Below, piece after piece: positions 51,302 to 61,036 of a stretch of DNA of 64,000 bases. The position numbers were made by a program, and so were the translations under genes. The stretch's first letter is position 1, and each line of letters opens with the position of its first letter. Below the pieces are notes generated by a model that saw only the letters and a list, made by a program, of their open reading frames with translations, ran no database searches and had not been told where the DNA came from. The DNA comes from a virus (Duplodnaviria; Heunggongvirae; Uroviricota; Caudoviricetes): IMG/VR virus record IMGVR_UViG_3300036768_001066, one strand, 5' to 3'.

Positions 51302-51906
51302 TGGAAAAAGAGATTTTACATTCAAACGATTGGTTCTCCGTCATAAAGAAGGACGGACGTGTTGGTACCGAGATGAACGGTCTCAGCATAGTGATAATGC
51401 CGTATACTTCTGTACGCGGGCTCCCCGCGACAATAGGCGTTGTAGAAGAGACGAACCCATTTAGGGACGGAGGTAAGTCGGTTACGCTGCTTACTGGATC
51501 GTCCACTGACGAGGACCCCGATGTATTGAGCACTGCACAGAGGATGCTCAAGGAGGACGGCGGCTTTGATGTGCTTGATCCCGATAGGTGGACGTTCCTC
51601 GGGTTTCTCACAACGAGCAAGCATGACGCATGCTCGCATCCGTGCTTCGCATGCGATGTTACCGGCCTCGAGCGTCTGGCGACAGAGGGCGAAGACAAAT
51701 CAGGTTTCAGCATGGTCCCGGTCAAGGACGCATTAAATACCGACGACTGCTTCATACCCTCGTTGTTTATGAAGGTGTTCAGGTACATATTCGGATTCAC
51801 CGGACAGCAACAGCCGGAAGAAGAAACAAAAACAAAAACAAAAACAACGGCGAAACAGCCGCTGCCTGCCGACGTAAAAGATGATGTTCTCAAGAGGGCA
51901 TCATAG
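51301..51906 (+). CDS. hypothetical protein (201 aa)
   Basis: ORF with ATG overlapping the upstream stop (TAATGG). No motif recognised. Confidence 0.45.
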   Translation: MEKEILHSNDWFSVIKKDGRVGTEMNGLSIVIMPYTSVRGLPATIGVVEETNPFRDGGKSVTLLTGSSTDEDPDVLSTAQRMLKEDGGFDVLDPDRWTFLGFLTTSKHDACSHPCFACDVTGLERLATEGEDKSGFSMVPVKDALNTDDCFIPSLFMKVFRYIFGFTGQQQPEEETKTKTKTTAKQPLPADVKDDVLKRAS

Positions 51907-52055
51907 GCGCTGGAGTAGGTATCGACAACGTGGCTGTGGTTTACTCAAAGGTGGAGCCATCCGAGGAGAACAAGGCGGCGCTCGACGGGATCTTTTCTAA
52001 ACTCGGGCAAGAATACAAGGTTGAAGTTGTAGGAGAAATTAACACTCACTAAATA

Positions 52056-52367
52056 ATGGAACAGAAAAAAGAACAGCCCAATTTCGTAGGTGGGCACGCA
52101 AACGGGGAGAAGGGGTTTGGAGATTCTGTATTTCTCGAGGGATTGATGCAGAACGACGAGAACAAGGACGGGTTCCTCGATCCGGATAAGAACGCCGCGG
52201 ACATAAACCCGCAATCTAATTTGGAGGTGCTTGCTGAGCCTAAGTCCGTGTCCTTTAATCCTTTCAGGAGGAGTGTGCCTAAAAAGCAGATGTCCAAAAA
52301 AACCGAGCAGAAGCGCAAGAAGAACCGCCGCATGCAGAAGCAAGCACGAAGAAAAAACCGTAAATAA
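52056..52367 (+). CDS. small protein with highly basic C-terminal tail
   Basis: The C-terminus KKQMSKKTEQKRKKNRRMQKQARRKNRK suggests nucleic-acid binding, possibly a virion internal or packaged protein. Confidence 0.4.
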   Translation: MEQKKEQPNFVGGHANGEKGFGDSVFLEGLMQNDENKDGFLDPDKNAADINPQSNLEVLAEPKSVSFNPFRRSVPKKQMSKKTEQKRKKNRRMQKQARRKNRK

Positions 52368-52375
52368 AGATACAG

Positions 52376-52846
52376 ATGCACTACAACAGAAGAGAACGTC
52401 GCAGATTGGCCAAGCAGCTTGGCCTCCTGTCAACTAAGAATGAAAACCAGGCGCAAGCGGCCGAGAGACGCAAGCGTTCAAGAGAGGCTGGCGACCAGAT
52501 ACACAGGCAGTTTCTGGCGGAGAACGAGGTACGCTTAAGGGAGGCCCGTGCTGACAGGGAGGCCCGCATGCTCGAGAATCTCACCGCCACGTACGGGTCC
52601 GACCGTGCCAAGGAGATAATGGCGAACAATCTCGCACACGATAGGGCGCGTCAGGAGGAGCGTTCTAAATCGAGGCAGGCGACGTTGACTCTGGCCAAAG
52701 AATCCGTCGAGAGACAGAAGGCTGCCAAGGCTGCCGAGCAGGTTAAAGCAGGCGAGAGGCGAAAGAGGGCTGTGGCAAGAAAGCGTCAGAAAGAGTCCGA
52801 GAAGAGGGACCGCATCAAAATAATGCGCGCCGGAAAGCGCAGATAA
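52376..52846 (+). CDS. highly basic, Arg/Glu-rich coiled-coil protein (156 aa)
   Basis: RERRRLAKQ...ERRKRSREAGD...RAKEIMANNLAHDRARQEERSKSRQ...KRAVARKRQKESEKRDRIKIMRAGKRR. No hydrophobic core. Histone-like or internal-protein-like composition. Confidence 0.5.
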   Translation: MHYNRRERRRLAKQLGLLSTKNENQAQAAERRKRSREAGDQIHRQFLAENEVRLREARADREARMLENLTATYGSDRAKEIMANNLAHDRARQEERSKSRQATLTLAKESVERQKAAKAAEQVKAGERRKRAVARKRQKESEKRDRIKIMRAGKRR

Positions 52847-52849
52847 ATA

Positions 52850-53251
52850 ATGTGCCGGGCGTGGATAAGGCGTCCGGCACCTATTTACATGAGATTCATA
52901 TTCACCAAGGAGGACAGGAAGACCGTCCGTAAGCAGGTCGACAACTTCAGGCAGAGCTATATCATAGATGCCCGTGAGATTATATTGGAGTCCGACTACA
53001 CGGACGCCGGCATAATATCGACGGCCCAGGACTTCATATCTAACAATGAGATAGAGAAGCGCCTGATGCAGGCCATGAATAATAAGAAGTCTACCCAGGT
53101 GATATACTTCCACTACAACATCACCGGTACCCTCGTAAAGAACGTAAAGGCCTTCTTCAGGGCCAACGGGACCAAATTCGAATATATCTTGTTCGACCCT
53201 GGACAAGAACTTAAACCCATCTACCGTCTATTCGACGAAATACAGCCTTAA
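52850..53251 (+). CDS. hypothetical protein (133 aa; start may be internal ATG 52889)
   Basis: ORF. No motif recognised. Confidence 0.4.
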   Translation: MCRAWIRRPAPIYMRFIFTKEDRKTVRKQVDNFRQSYIIDAREIILESDYTDAGIISTAQDFISNNEIEKRLMQAMNNKKSTQVIYFHYNITGTLVKNVKAFFRANGTKFEYILFDPGQELKPIYRLFDEIQP

Positions 53252-53310
53252 ATTGGTGAGAATATATAATAGTAAGGACCGCAAAGGACCCGAAATTAAA
53301 TATTTTAACC

Positions 53311-55044
53311 ATGGCAGGAGAAGGCACAAACGTAACAACAACGGCTAACGCAACCTCACCGGATCCTAAGAAGAGTGTATTCTCTTCTCAGAACTTCGAG
53401 AGCAGGAGCGTTAAGTCGCTTGATTTTTTCAGCTACGCTTACTCGGACAACCTCACTTTAAAGGAAATGCCGGGTCAAGGCACCAAGTCTTTATTTAATG
53501 ACTATTCGGTATTCAGGTACTCATCGGCAGCGGGAGATTTCAACGCCCTATACGATAAGAACAATGCCAAGCTGACACCGGTAGAATCAAGGAATCCGTC
53601 GGCAAGCCAAATAATTACTTGGTCGCAGGAGAACTCCAATGGTTACAGCCCGTTTGGCTCGACCCCGTACGCATACGCCGATTTCTTATATTGTAAATAC
53701 TACGGTCTGATCCCAAACAATTACCTGGTGACGCTCAGACGCTTCCCAATTCCGATGCTCGATAACTTGCGCACACCTGACGAGAAGAAGGTTCCGCCAA
53801 TAGCACAGGCCGTCACATGGATGGGAGAGGAGACAGGCAATAAGGTTGGGGACATTTTGAAATTTGCCGCAGGTCTTAACTGGAAGGAGATAGAGGCCAA
53901 GGTTCAGGAGGTTACCGGTAATGAACGTGGATTCGAGTCGAGCCCGTTCGCTACGGTGCCTGGCGGTAATATCCTCGCGGGTATAAAGGGGTTCCTTAAT
54001 CCGAAAGAATATTCTGGACAGGCGCAGGCCGAATCCGATTATGCTAAGCAGGTTTATGGATCGGAAGGCCCGTACGCCAATAAAGTTTACGGACCGGTTA
54101 ACTCCGTTAACAAGACTATGGCAAGAGACATGGGTCTCAAGTTCGAGCACGACATAGCGCTAAACTTCCACTATAGCTTGAAGTCTATAGGCGGCATCAA
54201 CCCGAAGGCGGCGATGCTCGACATACTCGCCAACATATTGACACTCACTTACAACAACGCCAAGTTCTGGGGCGGTGCCATCAGGTACTTCCCGCAGCAC
54301 CCCAATGTTAGTTTCTTCGGCGATCAGAAAGCGTTCTACGCCGGTGATGTCGAAGGATATATCGACTCCGTGATCAAGGAATTCAAAAGTCTCGGAAACA
54401 CATTCATGGACACCTTCTCTAAATTGCTACAGGACCCCATCAGCGCGCTCAAGGAGCTTGCGACCGGTGGAGCTAAGTTCGCTATGGGCGAGATAGCCGC
54501 TAAGGACCGTCCGCAGATCCTCGCCATGAACTCGCTGTTGACCGGTAGGCCGGTGGGCGAGTGGCACCTCGTGGTTGGTAACCCGATGAACCCGATAGCG
54601 ATGATTGGCAACCTTATATGCACAGACGTCGAGTTTGAATTCGGCGAATTGCTCGGTGCTGATGATTTCCCTACGGAGATGAAGGTCACTATAAAGCTGA
54701 AGCACGGTAAGCCGCGTGACAAGGGCGATATTGAATCTATGTTCAACCTCGGTAACGGTCGTCTATATTATGGTATCAAGGACGACTCAGTATTCTCATC
54801 CACACACAACTCTGTTATAGACACGTCCGGCACCAAGGGTGAGGTGGCCAATAATACAGAAACCGGACGCAGAGGATTCCAGACCTCTACCGCCATAAAT
54901 GAAGTTTATGCTAACGGAGGAAACAACGCCAAGATACAAGGCTCGTCAATGTACGGCAACAAGTTCGACATAACTGAGATCAACATAGCCCGCACGTGGG
55001 CTGGTGAAGGTTTCAAAGATTCTAAAACAAACGGTAACAAATAA
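53311..55044 (+). CDS. putative virion structural protein (577 aa), baseplate-type module
   Basis: Long Gly/Asn/Thr/Ser-rich ORF. First of five co-directional ATGA/TAATG-coupled genes ending with the gp5-like spike. Confidence 0.5.
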   Translation: MAGEGTNVTTTANATSPDPKKSVFSSQNFESRSVKSLDFFSYAYSDNLTLKEMPGQGTKSLFNDYSVFRYSSAAGDFNALYDKNNAKLTPVESRNPSASQIITWSQENSNGYSPFGSTPYAYADFLYCKYYGLIPNNYLVTLRRFPIPMLDNLRTPDEKKVPPIAQAVTWMGEETGNKVGDILKFAAGLNWKEIEAKVQEVTGNERGFESSPFATVPGGNILAGIKGFLNPKEYSGQAQAESDYAKQVYGSEGPYANKVYGPVNSVNKTMARDMGLKFEHDIALNFHYSLKSIGGINPKAAMLDILANILTLTYNNAKFWGGAIRYFPQHPNVSFFGDQKAFYAGDVEGYIDSVIKEFKSLGNTFMDTFSKLLQDPISALKELATGGAKFAMGEIAAKDRPQILAMNSLLTGRPVGEWHLVVGNPMNPIAMIGNLICTDVEFEFGELLGADDFPTEMKVTIKLKHGKPRDKGDIESMFNLGNGRLYYGIKDDSVFSSTHNSVIDTSGTKGEVANNTETGRRGFQTSTAINEVYANGGNNAKIQGSSMYGNKFDITEINIARTWAGEGFKDSKTNGNK

Positions 55045-55652
55045 TGCTGCTGATTGACACACTAAGAAGGAAGAGCGAGTTCACCAACCCGGTGAGCAAC
55101 GAAATAATCATAGACCTGACCGAGGCGTCTTTCAAGTTCACCGGTCAGCAGCTGATTACAGGTACCGTGCTGGTCACTGAGGATTTTGCTATGCGCCCGG
55201 ACCTGGTAGCAAAGCACGTCCTGGGCAATCAGAATAACTTTGACTACCTGTTAAAGTTTAACAGTGTATCCAATCCGTTCTCTGTTGACGCGGGTGACAT
55301 CCTGCTACTCATAGACGAATCGAGCATGAAACTTTCGAGGGCATCCACAGGAACAGAGAACAAGAAAGAGGATATAAGGAAGAGGTTCTTCGACCCTAAG
55401 AGGCTCAGCAAGAAGGACCAGAAGAGGCTCGATTTCATAAAGAAGAAATCAAGCACCTTGCCAAATGCTTCCGCCCAGGCCCTTCCGCCTAATTTTGCGG
55501 AACCGGGATCGCAGGAGATGAAGGTCGTGGACGGCAAGATAATATTTGGTGGGGATGTGGTTGTAAACAAAAACAATTGTCCGGAACCCGCATCGCGCGC
55601 CAGAGTCAAGGCCAAATTGCTCGAGAACAAGATCTTTAAGAAGAACTCATAA
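55044..55652 (+). CDS. putative structural protein (202 aa)
   Basis: Start overlaps the upstream stop (TAATG). Basic middle region (KKEDIRKRFFDPKRLSKKDQKRLDFIKKK). Confidence 0.45.
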   Translation: MLLIDTLRRKSEFTNPVSNEIIIDLTEASFKFTGQQLITGTVLVTEDFAMRPDLVAKHVLGNQNNFDYLLKFNSVSNPFSVDAGDILLLIDESSMKLSRASTGTENKKEDIRKRFFDPKRLSKKDQKRLDFIKKKSSTLPNASAQALPPNFAEPGSQEMKVVDGKIIFGGDVVVNKNNCPEPASRARVKAKLLENKIFKKNS

Positions 55653-57109
55653 TGGCAGTAGAGAAGAAAATAATAAAACTCGCCAAGCCGACCATCGCGC
55701 TTGACCAGATGGACCACATCAATACGGACGATCCAAACTCGCCCGTGCAGTCCACAGAGCGCAAGCACAAGCAGATGGGCTCGCTGTTCCCGCTCGTGCA
55801 AATAAACAAGTACAAGTTTACCGAGAACGAGCTAACGCGGTTCAGGCTCGATGAGACCGGGGAATATCCCACCTTGTCGGTGACCGTAGTGAGTTCTGAT
55901 GGTGTTTTTCTATCGAAGTCGTACCCCAAGGACGGCGACCCAATATCCATATTCGTACGAAGCAAGCTGGACGAGTTCAACCCAATACGCCTCGACTTCG
56001 AGATAACCAATGTTCAGTCAGGCAAGAGCACAGATAGTGACGGTGAGGTCGCTAAGTATACTTTTAATGGTGTGTTGCGGGTTCCGGGTTTGTATTACGA
56101 CCATTGCAGGGCTTTCAAGGATAAGGGTTCCATGGACGTGTTGATGGACGTGGCCACAGAATTGCAGCTCGGTTTCGCCTCGAATGAAACGATGACTGAT
56201 GACAAGATGACTTGGATCTGCCCGTTCGACACGTACTTGAAGTTCATAAATGACGTGACTCTGGCATCGTATAAGGACGAGGACAGCTTCTTCGATTTCT
56301 TCATAGACAAGTACTACAACCTGAACTTCGTAAACGTAAACAACCAGTTCGGCGAAGAGTTCGAGCTTGACGAAGCGCTTGATAACTTCCAGGCACAGCG
56401 TGACTATAACGCTGGCCACGTGCTTGAGAAGTTCGATACTAAGTTGCTACTGAGCAACCACAAGAATCTGAGGGGTCAGGGTAACTGGATTTCTAATTAT
56501 ACGCTTGTCAGCAATGCGGGCGAAGTGATAATAACAAACGGCTACAGGAGATACGTGCAATTCTACGATGCACATGGCTCTGCGAGTAATCCTGCGGACA
56601 AATACCAGTCGCACTTCATAGAGCCGTCCAATACTAAGAATGTGGGTGACGACAAGATACTACAGAGGGGCAGGATGAAGGAGCCGGAGATATACAAGAA
56701 CACCAACAAGTACAAGTGGCTCGGCATACACGAGTCGCTGCCGGATGGCAACGCCCATAAGAATTACATGCACGCGATTATTCAAAATTGGCAGAACCGT
56801 CAGGAGATAGACAAGTATGAACTGAGGGTGTGGTTGCCAAGATGCAACTTTAACCTTTACCGTGGCATGCGGGTTCCTGTATTGATATTGAATACGGGGT
56901 CTCAATCGAGGCTGCAGGTTACAAAGCAGCCAGAGCAGGCTGAGGAGGAGCGTTTGACATTTGATAGGTTCCTCAGCGGATACTATTACATAAAGGGTAT
57001 GACCGTATCCTGGAACGCGGACGATACTGTGTTCAGGCAAGAGCTCATACTAACAAGGAGGGAGTGGCCTATTCCGCCGCAGACCTCTGAAAATATAGCA
57101 CAAGGATAA
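55652..57109 (+). CDS. putative structural protein (485 aa)
   Basis: Translationally coupled to neighbours. No catalytic motif. Confidence 0.5.
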   Translation: MAVEKKIIKLAKPTIALDQMDHINTDDPNSPVQSTERKHKQMGSLFPLVQINKYKFTENELTRFRLDETGEYPTLSVTVVSSDGVFLSKSYPKDGDPISIFVRSKLDEFNPIRLDFEITNVQSGKSTDSDGEVAKYTFNGVLRVPGLYYDHCRAFKDKGSMDVLMDVATELQLGFASNETMTDDKMTWICPFDTYLKFINDVTLASYKDEDSFFDFFIDKYYNLNFVNVNNQFGEEFELDEALDNFQAQRDYNAGHVLEKFDTKLLLSNHKNLRGQGNWISNYTLVSNAGEVIITNGYRRYVQFYDAHGSASNPADKYQSHFIEPSNTKNVGDDKILQRGRMKEPEIYKNTNKYKWLGIHESLPDGNAHKNYMHAIIQNWQNRQEIDKYELRVWLPRCNFNLYRGMRVPVLILNTGSQSRLQVTKQPEQAEEERLTFDRFLSGYYYIKGMTVSWNADDTVFRQELILTRREWPIPPQTSENIAQG

Positions 57110-57110
57110 G

Positions 57111-58424
57111 ATGTTTGCAAGCTACGACCAAATAGTACAGAACTTTCACAAGGGGTTCAAGAATACACCACAAGGAGAGACCGAGGACCCGACTTACCTT
57201 GGGTTTAAATTCATATTTGAATTCCATCCGTCGCATAGGGATCCGCTCGATAAAATGACGCATGACGCGCTATTTGCCGAGGCTGACAACCCACACGGTC
57301 TTGAGTCCGCCGAAGAATACTTGATGAACATTGGATATGTGGAGAAGGCAAAAATGCTGAGAGCGTTCAAACAAAACCTCGAGTACATAAACAACAAGAC
57401 GCCTTATTATTTCCAATCAGTTGAGGGTGTCGGCGATCTATGGAAGGTCGAGAAGGGCGAGACGTTCAATAGTTTCAGGGGTAAGGACAAGGTGCTAACC
57501 ATCAATTGTCTGGAGAGTATAGACATGAGGATAACCTCGCTTGCCGATATGTACAGGAAAGCTACATTTGATTATGTGGCCATGAGAGAACTGCTCCCTG
57601 AAAATTTGAGGCACTTTACCATGGTGTTGCAGGTGGCGGAGATGCGTAAGTTTCACAGGATTAAGAGCGCGGTAGAAAATGTATCGACGACCGATCAGGG
57701 CGTTATAGAAAACCCAACCAATGGCACCTTACAGGTATCGCTCGAGGAGGTCACCGATCTAATATCCATATTACAGTTCAAGCTCGAGTACTGCGAGTTT
57801 GATTTCGACGAGAGCTGGCCGACCGAAAACCTTTCACATGCGGAGATGGAGATGGCAAAGCAGAAATTCAAAATCAAGGTTGGTAGAATACGCGAGTACA
57901 ACATGTATTCCCAAATAAAGAGCTTTGATGACTCATACGTGGCCCTTGCCGATTCATACGGTGTTGATGACCGAAGCCGGGTAAACATCAAGGACGGCAA
58001 CGTTCCAGATCGCACATTGCTTAAGGACCAGATCAAGAGCCCCAACGAGCTCGGCTCTGCCTTCAGTAAGTCGTCAAATTACAGCACGCTCGGCACGCTC
58101 GTCGGCGGTTCCATAAGTGACCTTCAGAAGAAACTCGAGAGAGCCCCTGGCGACTTGGTCGCGCGTGGATTGAACCAATTACAAGAGCGGGTGAGAGATC
58201 GGGTTCTCGGTAATGTATACGGCGACGCCCGCAGCCAGTCATCACTCGGCGCCATACTTAACGGGTTCCTAAATAGGGAGGATCAGTTCACGGTACCAGC
58301 AGGTGACAACGTCTATCCGGCGCAACAGCCTGTGCCGCCTACACTTGGCAAGGAGGACGTGTACCCTAACGTACCGGAACCTCCTAAGGACAGTCCGACA
58401 GATTTAGGCAACGTATTCAAATAA
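57111..58424 (+). CDS. putative baseplate hub-type protein (437 aa), immediately upstream of the gp5-like spike
   Basis: Position-based inference only. In many contractile-tail phages and T6SS the gp27-like hub gene directly precedes the gp5/VgrG spike gene. Confidence 0.5.
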   Translation: MFASYDQIVQNFHKGFKNTPQGETEDPTYLGFKFIFEFHPSHRDPLDKMTHDALFAEADNPHGLESAEEYLMNIGYVEKAKMLRAFKQNLEYINNKTPYYFQSVEGVGDLWKVEKGETFNSFRGKDKVLTINCLESIDMRITSLADMYRKATFDYVAMRELLPENLRHFTMVLQVAEMRKFHRIKSAVENVSTTDQGVIENPTNGTLQVSLEEVTDLISILQFKLEYCEFDFDESWPTENLSHAEMEMAKQKFKIKVGRIREYNMYSQIKSFDDSYVALADSYGVDDRSRVNIKDGNVPDRTLLKDQIKSPNELGSAFSKSSNYSTLGTLVGGSISDLQKKLERAPGDLVARGLNQLQERVRDRVLGNVYGDARSQSSLGAILNGFLNREDQFTVPAGDNVYPAQQPVPPTLGKEDVYPNVPEPPKDSPTDLGNVFK

Positions 58425-58430
58425 TAAATC

Positions 58431-59204
58431 ATGAAAGTAAGAGAACTAAAGAACGACGACCTCAAGAGCATGGTGTTCATGGGTGAGGTTGTGGACATAG
58501 AGGACCCCATCAAGCAGGGTCGCGCCAGGGTGCGCGTGTTCGGAAAGTTCGACGACCTCGCGGACGACGAGATACCTTGGGCCAACCAGCAGATGGGTAT
58601 AACGTTTGGGACGGCCGGCGGTAGCGGCGCCATATCCATACCGAGGAAGGGCGCTGTCGTCAACGTCATGTTCGACAACGGAAATCTGTATTCGCCATAT
58701 TTCTATAACATACAGGAGGCGTCGCCGGATCTGCTCGAAGAGATAAAGAATTCCTACGAAGGTGCGCACGCGCTCATATATGATAAAGACGAGAAGGGTC
58801 TGAAGGTTTTTTACACCAGGGAGAAGGGTCTCAATTTCATCCTCGATGAATCGAGGGTGACAATAGAGAGCGATAACGCAATAGTCATAGAGCACAAGGG
58901 CACAAGTGCTATCATAGAACTCAGGGGCAACAACATCACGATAACGGCGGATTCCGAGATAAACGCGACAGCCGGATCGAGGGTCAAGGTCACCGCCCCA
59001 GAGGTCTGGATTGACGGCAAAGAGACTAAAACCGGTCACGTTGCATCGTACAGCCAGGTTCTTGGCGAGCCTCTGTTTGCCTTTCTGAAGACGTTATCGG
59101 CAGCTGTCGACGCTAAGCTTTACCCGACACCATCGGCCATGGCCTCGGCCTGTGCCTTGGCAGAACAGCTTACTCTGTCGCAGACTTGCAAAATATCCAA
59201 ATAA
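58431..59204 (+). CDS. baseplate central spike protein, gp5-like N-terminal OB-fold (no lysozyme domain)
   Basis: The N-terminus FMGEVVDIEDPIKQGRARVRVFGKFDD...IPWA matches the gp5/VgrG OB-fold signature (GxVxDxxDPxxxGRVRVRV...LPWA). C-terminal beta-rich segment. 257 aa. Confidence 0.55.
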   Translation: MKVRELKNDDLKSMVFMGEVVDIEDPIKQGRARVRVFGKFDDLADDEIPWANQQMGITFGTAGGSGAISIPRKGAVVNVMFDNGNLYSPYFYNIQEASPDLLEEIKNSYEGAHALIYDKDEKGLKVFYTREKGLNFILDESRVTIESDNAIVIEHKGTSAIIELRGNNITITADSEINATAGSRVKVTAPEVWIDGKETKTGHVASYSQVLGEPLFAFLKTLSAAVDAKLYPTPSAMASACALAEQLTLSQTCKISK

Positions 59205-59238
59205 AGCCGGATATATAAATAAAATATCGCCACGTTCG

Positions 59239-59613
59239 ATGAAAAAAATACAATCACTTGATAAGTTTGAAACTGTCAACGAGAAAGTTAAGTCACCTAA
59301 GGTCAGCGGCAGCTTCGAGATTTCCGACAACCTGAAGAAGGTAGCCAAAATCCAGAAGACCCTCATTGACCTCTCGCAGCTCCTAACGGAGATGTCGGAC
59401 GAAATAGTCCTACTCAAGACGACTTACACCAACCTGGATCCTGAGTCTATGAATATCCTCACCAACATGAAGTACAACATAGACAATATGGTCGGCGCAC
59501 TCAAGCGCGAGCGCAAGAGCGGCACAAACACAGGGGTTATTGACAACTCCAAAAGGCTGCAGAGAAATCTGGAGCGACTCAAGAAGGACTTCCTCGAGAG
59601 AAAGTCGGTATAA
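59239..59613 (+). CDS. coiled-coil protein (124 aa), start at internal ATG after the spike gene stop
   Basis: MKKIQSLDKFETVNEKVKSPK... is helical and charged. The longer listed ORF (59152) overlaps the spike gene. Confidence 0.45.
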   Translation: MKKIQSLDKFETVNEKVKSPKVSGSFEISDNLKKVAKIQKTLIDLSQLLTEMSDEIVLLKTTYTNLDPESMNILTNMKYNIDNMVGALKRERKSGTNTGVIDNSKRLQRNLERLKKDFLERKSV

Positions 59614-59635
59614 AATCCGCGGTAATAATTCACAG

Positions 59636-59666
59636 AACCCTCGCTAAGTCGAGGGTTTTTTATTTC
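59636..59666 (+). terminator. rho-independent terminator (plus strand)
   Basis: 8-bp stem AACCCTCG / CGAGGGTT with loop ctaagt. Followed by TTTTATTTC. Confidence 0.6.
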
Positions 59667-59708
59667 TTCCATTACGAGCTTTTTGTTATTATTGTAACAA
59701 ACGCACAG

Positions 59709-60524
59709 ATGAAGAAGACTGTACTAAATAAAGCTTGGCTCACCAACGAGAAAGGTGAGTTCTGCGGGGTGGACCTTGGGTCTGACTTTTGCGCCGAGCA
59801 CGAGTCGGGCATCGACCTGATCAAGGCAGCCTTTAATATCGACGGCATCGTCAAGAAAAAGGTCACCAAGATATTCGGCCTGCCCGTGCGCACCAAGGAC
59901 GAGCCGAACTTCGGACTGTCCGCGAGATTGATAAACACCATACCAAAGCAGTTCGTCCATGGTATAGCAGGCAAGCACAGGTTCATAGGATTCTACGACT
60001 CAATGTTCGCCAAGTGGATAGATACGCTCGTCAAGGACGCGGTTCGCGACATGCGGTTGCGCAAGGGATCTGATTTCGTGGCGTACTGGTGCGACAGGGG
60101 ATTCTTAATAGTATCGGACGACCAGTCAAAAATACTCGAACTCAAAGAGGCGTTTTACGCCCGCAACATCGCGATATTTCTCGGTAACAGCAACTTCATA
60201 AGCAATCGCGGGTTCGTTATAGCAATAGCGACCAAGCTTGACAAATCTATAACGGATGCCATGTATGTGGCCGACAAATCATCGTTCGAGTTGAGTAAGA
60301 AGGTAGAGGCTATGGGAATCTACGAAAAGCTGAAGACCGCCGGCAAAGATTATTATGCGTTGTCTCCGAGTTGGAACGACGACAAAACTGACGTAATATT
60401 CTGGTTGAATCCGGTCGAGCAGAGAAAGCACCATTACGGGTGGTTCACGCTCGCGGACCTCGAAGCGTGGATAAATGATGAAGGACCTATAATTAAAAAA
60501 GATAATGAAGAAGGAAAGGATTAA
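59709..60524 (+). CDS. hypothetical protein (271 aa)
   Basis: ORF opening a new transcription unit after the terminator. No motif recognised. Confidence 0.45.
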   Translation: MKKTVLNKAWLTNEKGEFCGVDLGSDFCAEHESGIDLIKAAFNIDGIVKKKVTKIFGLPVRTKDEPNFGLSARLINTIPKQFVHGIAGKHRFIGFYDSMFAKWIDTLVKDAVRDMRLRKGSDFVAYWCDRGFLIVSDDQSKILELKEAFYARNIAIFLGNSNFISNRGFVIAIATKLDKSITDAMYVADKSSFELSKKVEAMGIYEKLKTAGKDYYALSPSWNDDKTDVIFWLNPVEQRKHHYGWFTLADLEAWINDEGPIIKKDNEEGKD

Positions 60525-61035
60525 ATACAGGATGTACGGGTTCGTCCCGTACAACATCTCCGACATACAGAAGGGGATCCAGTTCGGCCACGCGGTGGTC
60601 GAGTACGCGTTCCAATACTCCGGAACCAAGGAGTTCAAGGAGTTCGCAAGGGAAGACAAGACGTTCATCATCTTGAACGGCGGGACCACGAACAACAACG
60701 AGCCGAGCGGCATGAGCAATATCGCGGAGGAGCTGAGCCAGCTGCCTGCCAAATTCAAGTTCGCCGTGTTCAACGAACCGGACTTAAATGACGCGCTCAG
60801 TGGCATAGCGTTTCTCGTCGACTCAAGGGTGTGGGACCGCGAGACATACCCGTGTCCGGTAGACGATATTTCAGGATTCCACGGGGTGCCGTATGCGGAC
60901 CGTGAGCGCTGGCTGAAGAATCAGGTCATCGATCAGCGAGATCCTGTCGGAGAGTACAAAAATTGGGTCAAGTCGGTCGGCGGCGAGACGAACGCGTTTC
61001 TCCGTTATTTTCTATCACAGTTCAAATTAGCGTAA
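60505..61035 (+). CDS. hypothetical protein (176 aa); weak resemblance to PTH2-type hydrolase N-terminal strand (QFGHAVVE), unverified
   Basis: ORF overlapping the upstream gene by 20 nt. Sits directly upstream of the Thg1-like gene, with a 1-nt gap. Confidence 0.45.
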   Translation: MKKERIKYRMYGFVPYNISDIQKGIQFGHAVVEYAFQYSGTKEFKEFAREDKTFIILNGGTTNNNEPSGMSNIAEELSQLPAKFKFAVFNEPDLNDALSGIAFLVDSRVWDRETYPCPVDDISGFHGVPYADRERWLKNQVIDQRDPVGEYKNWVKSVGGETNAFLRYFLSQFKLA

Positions 61036-61036
61036 T

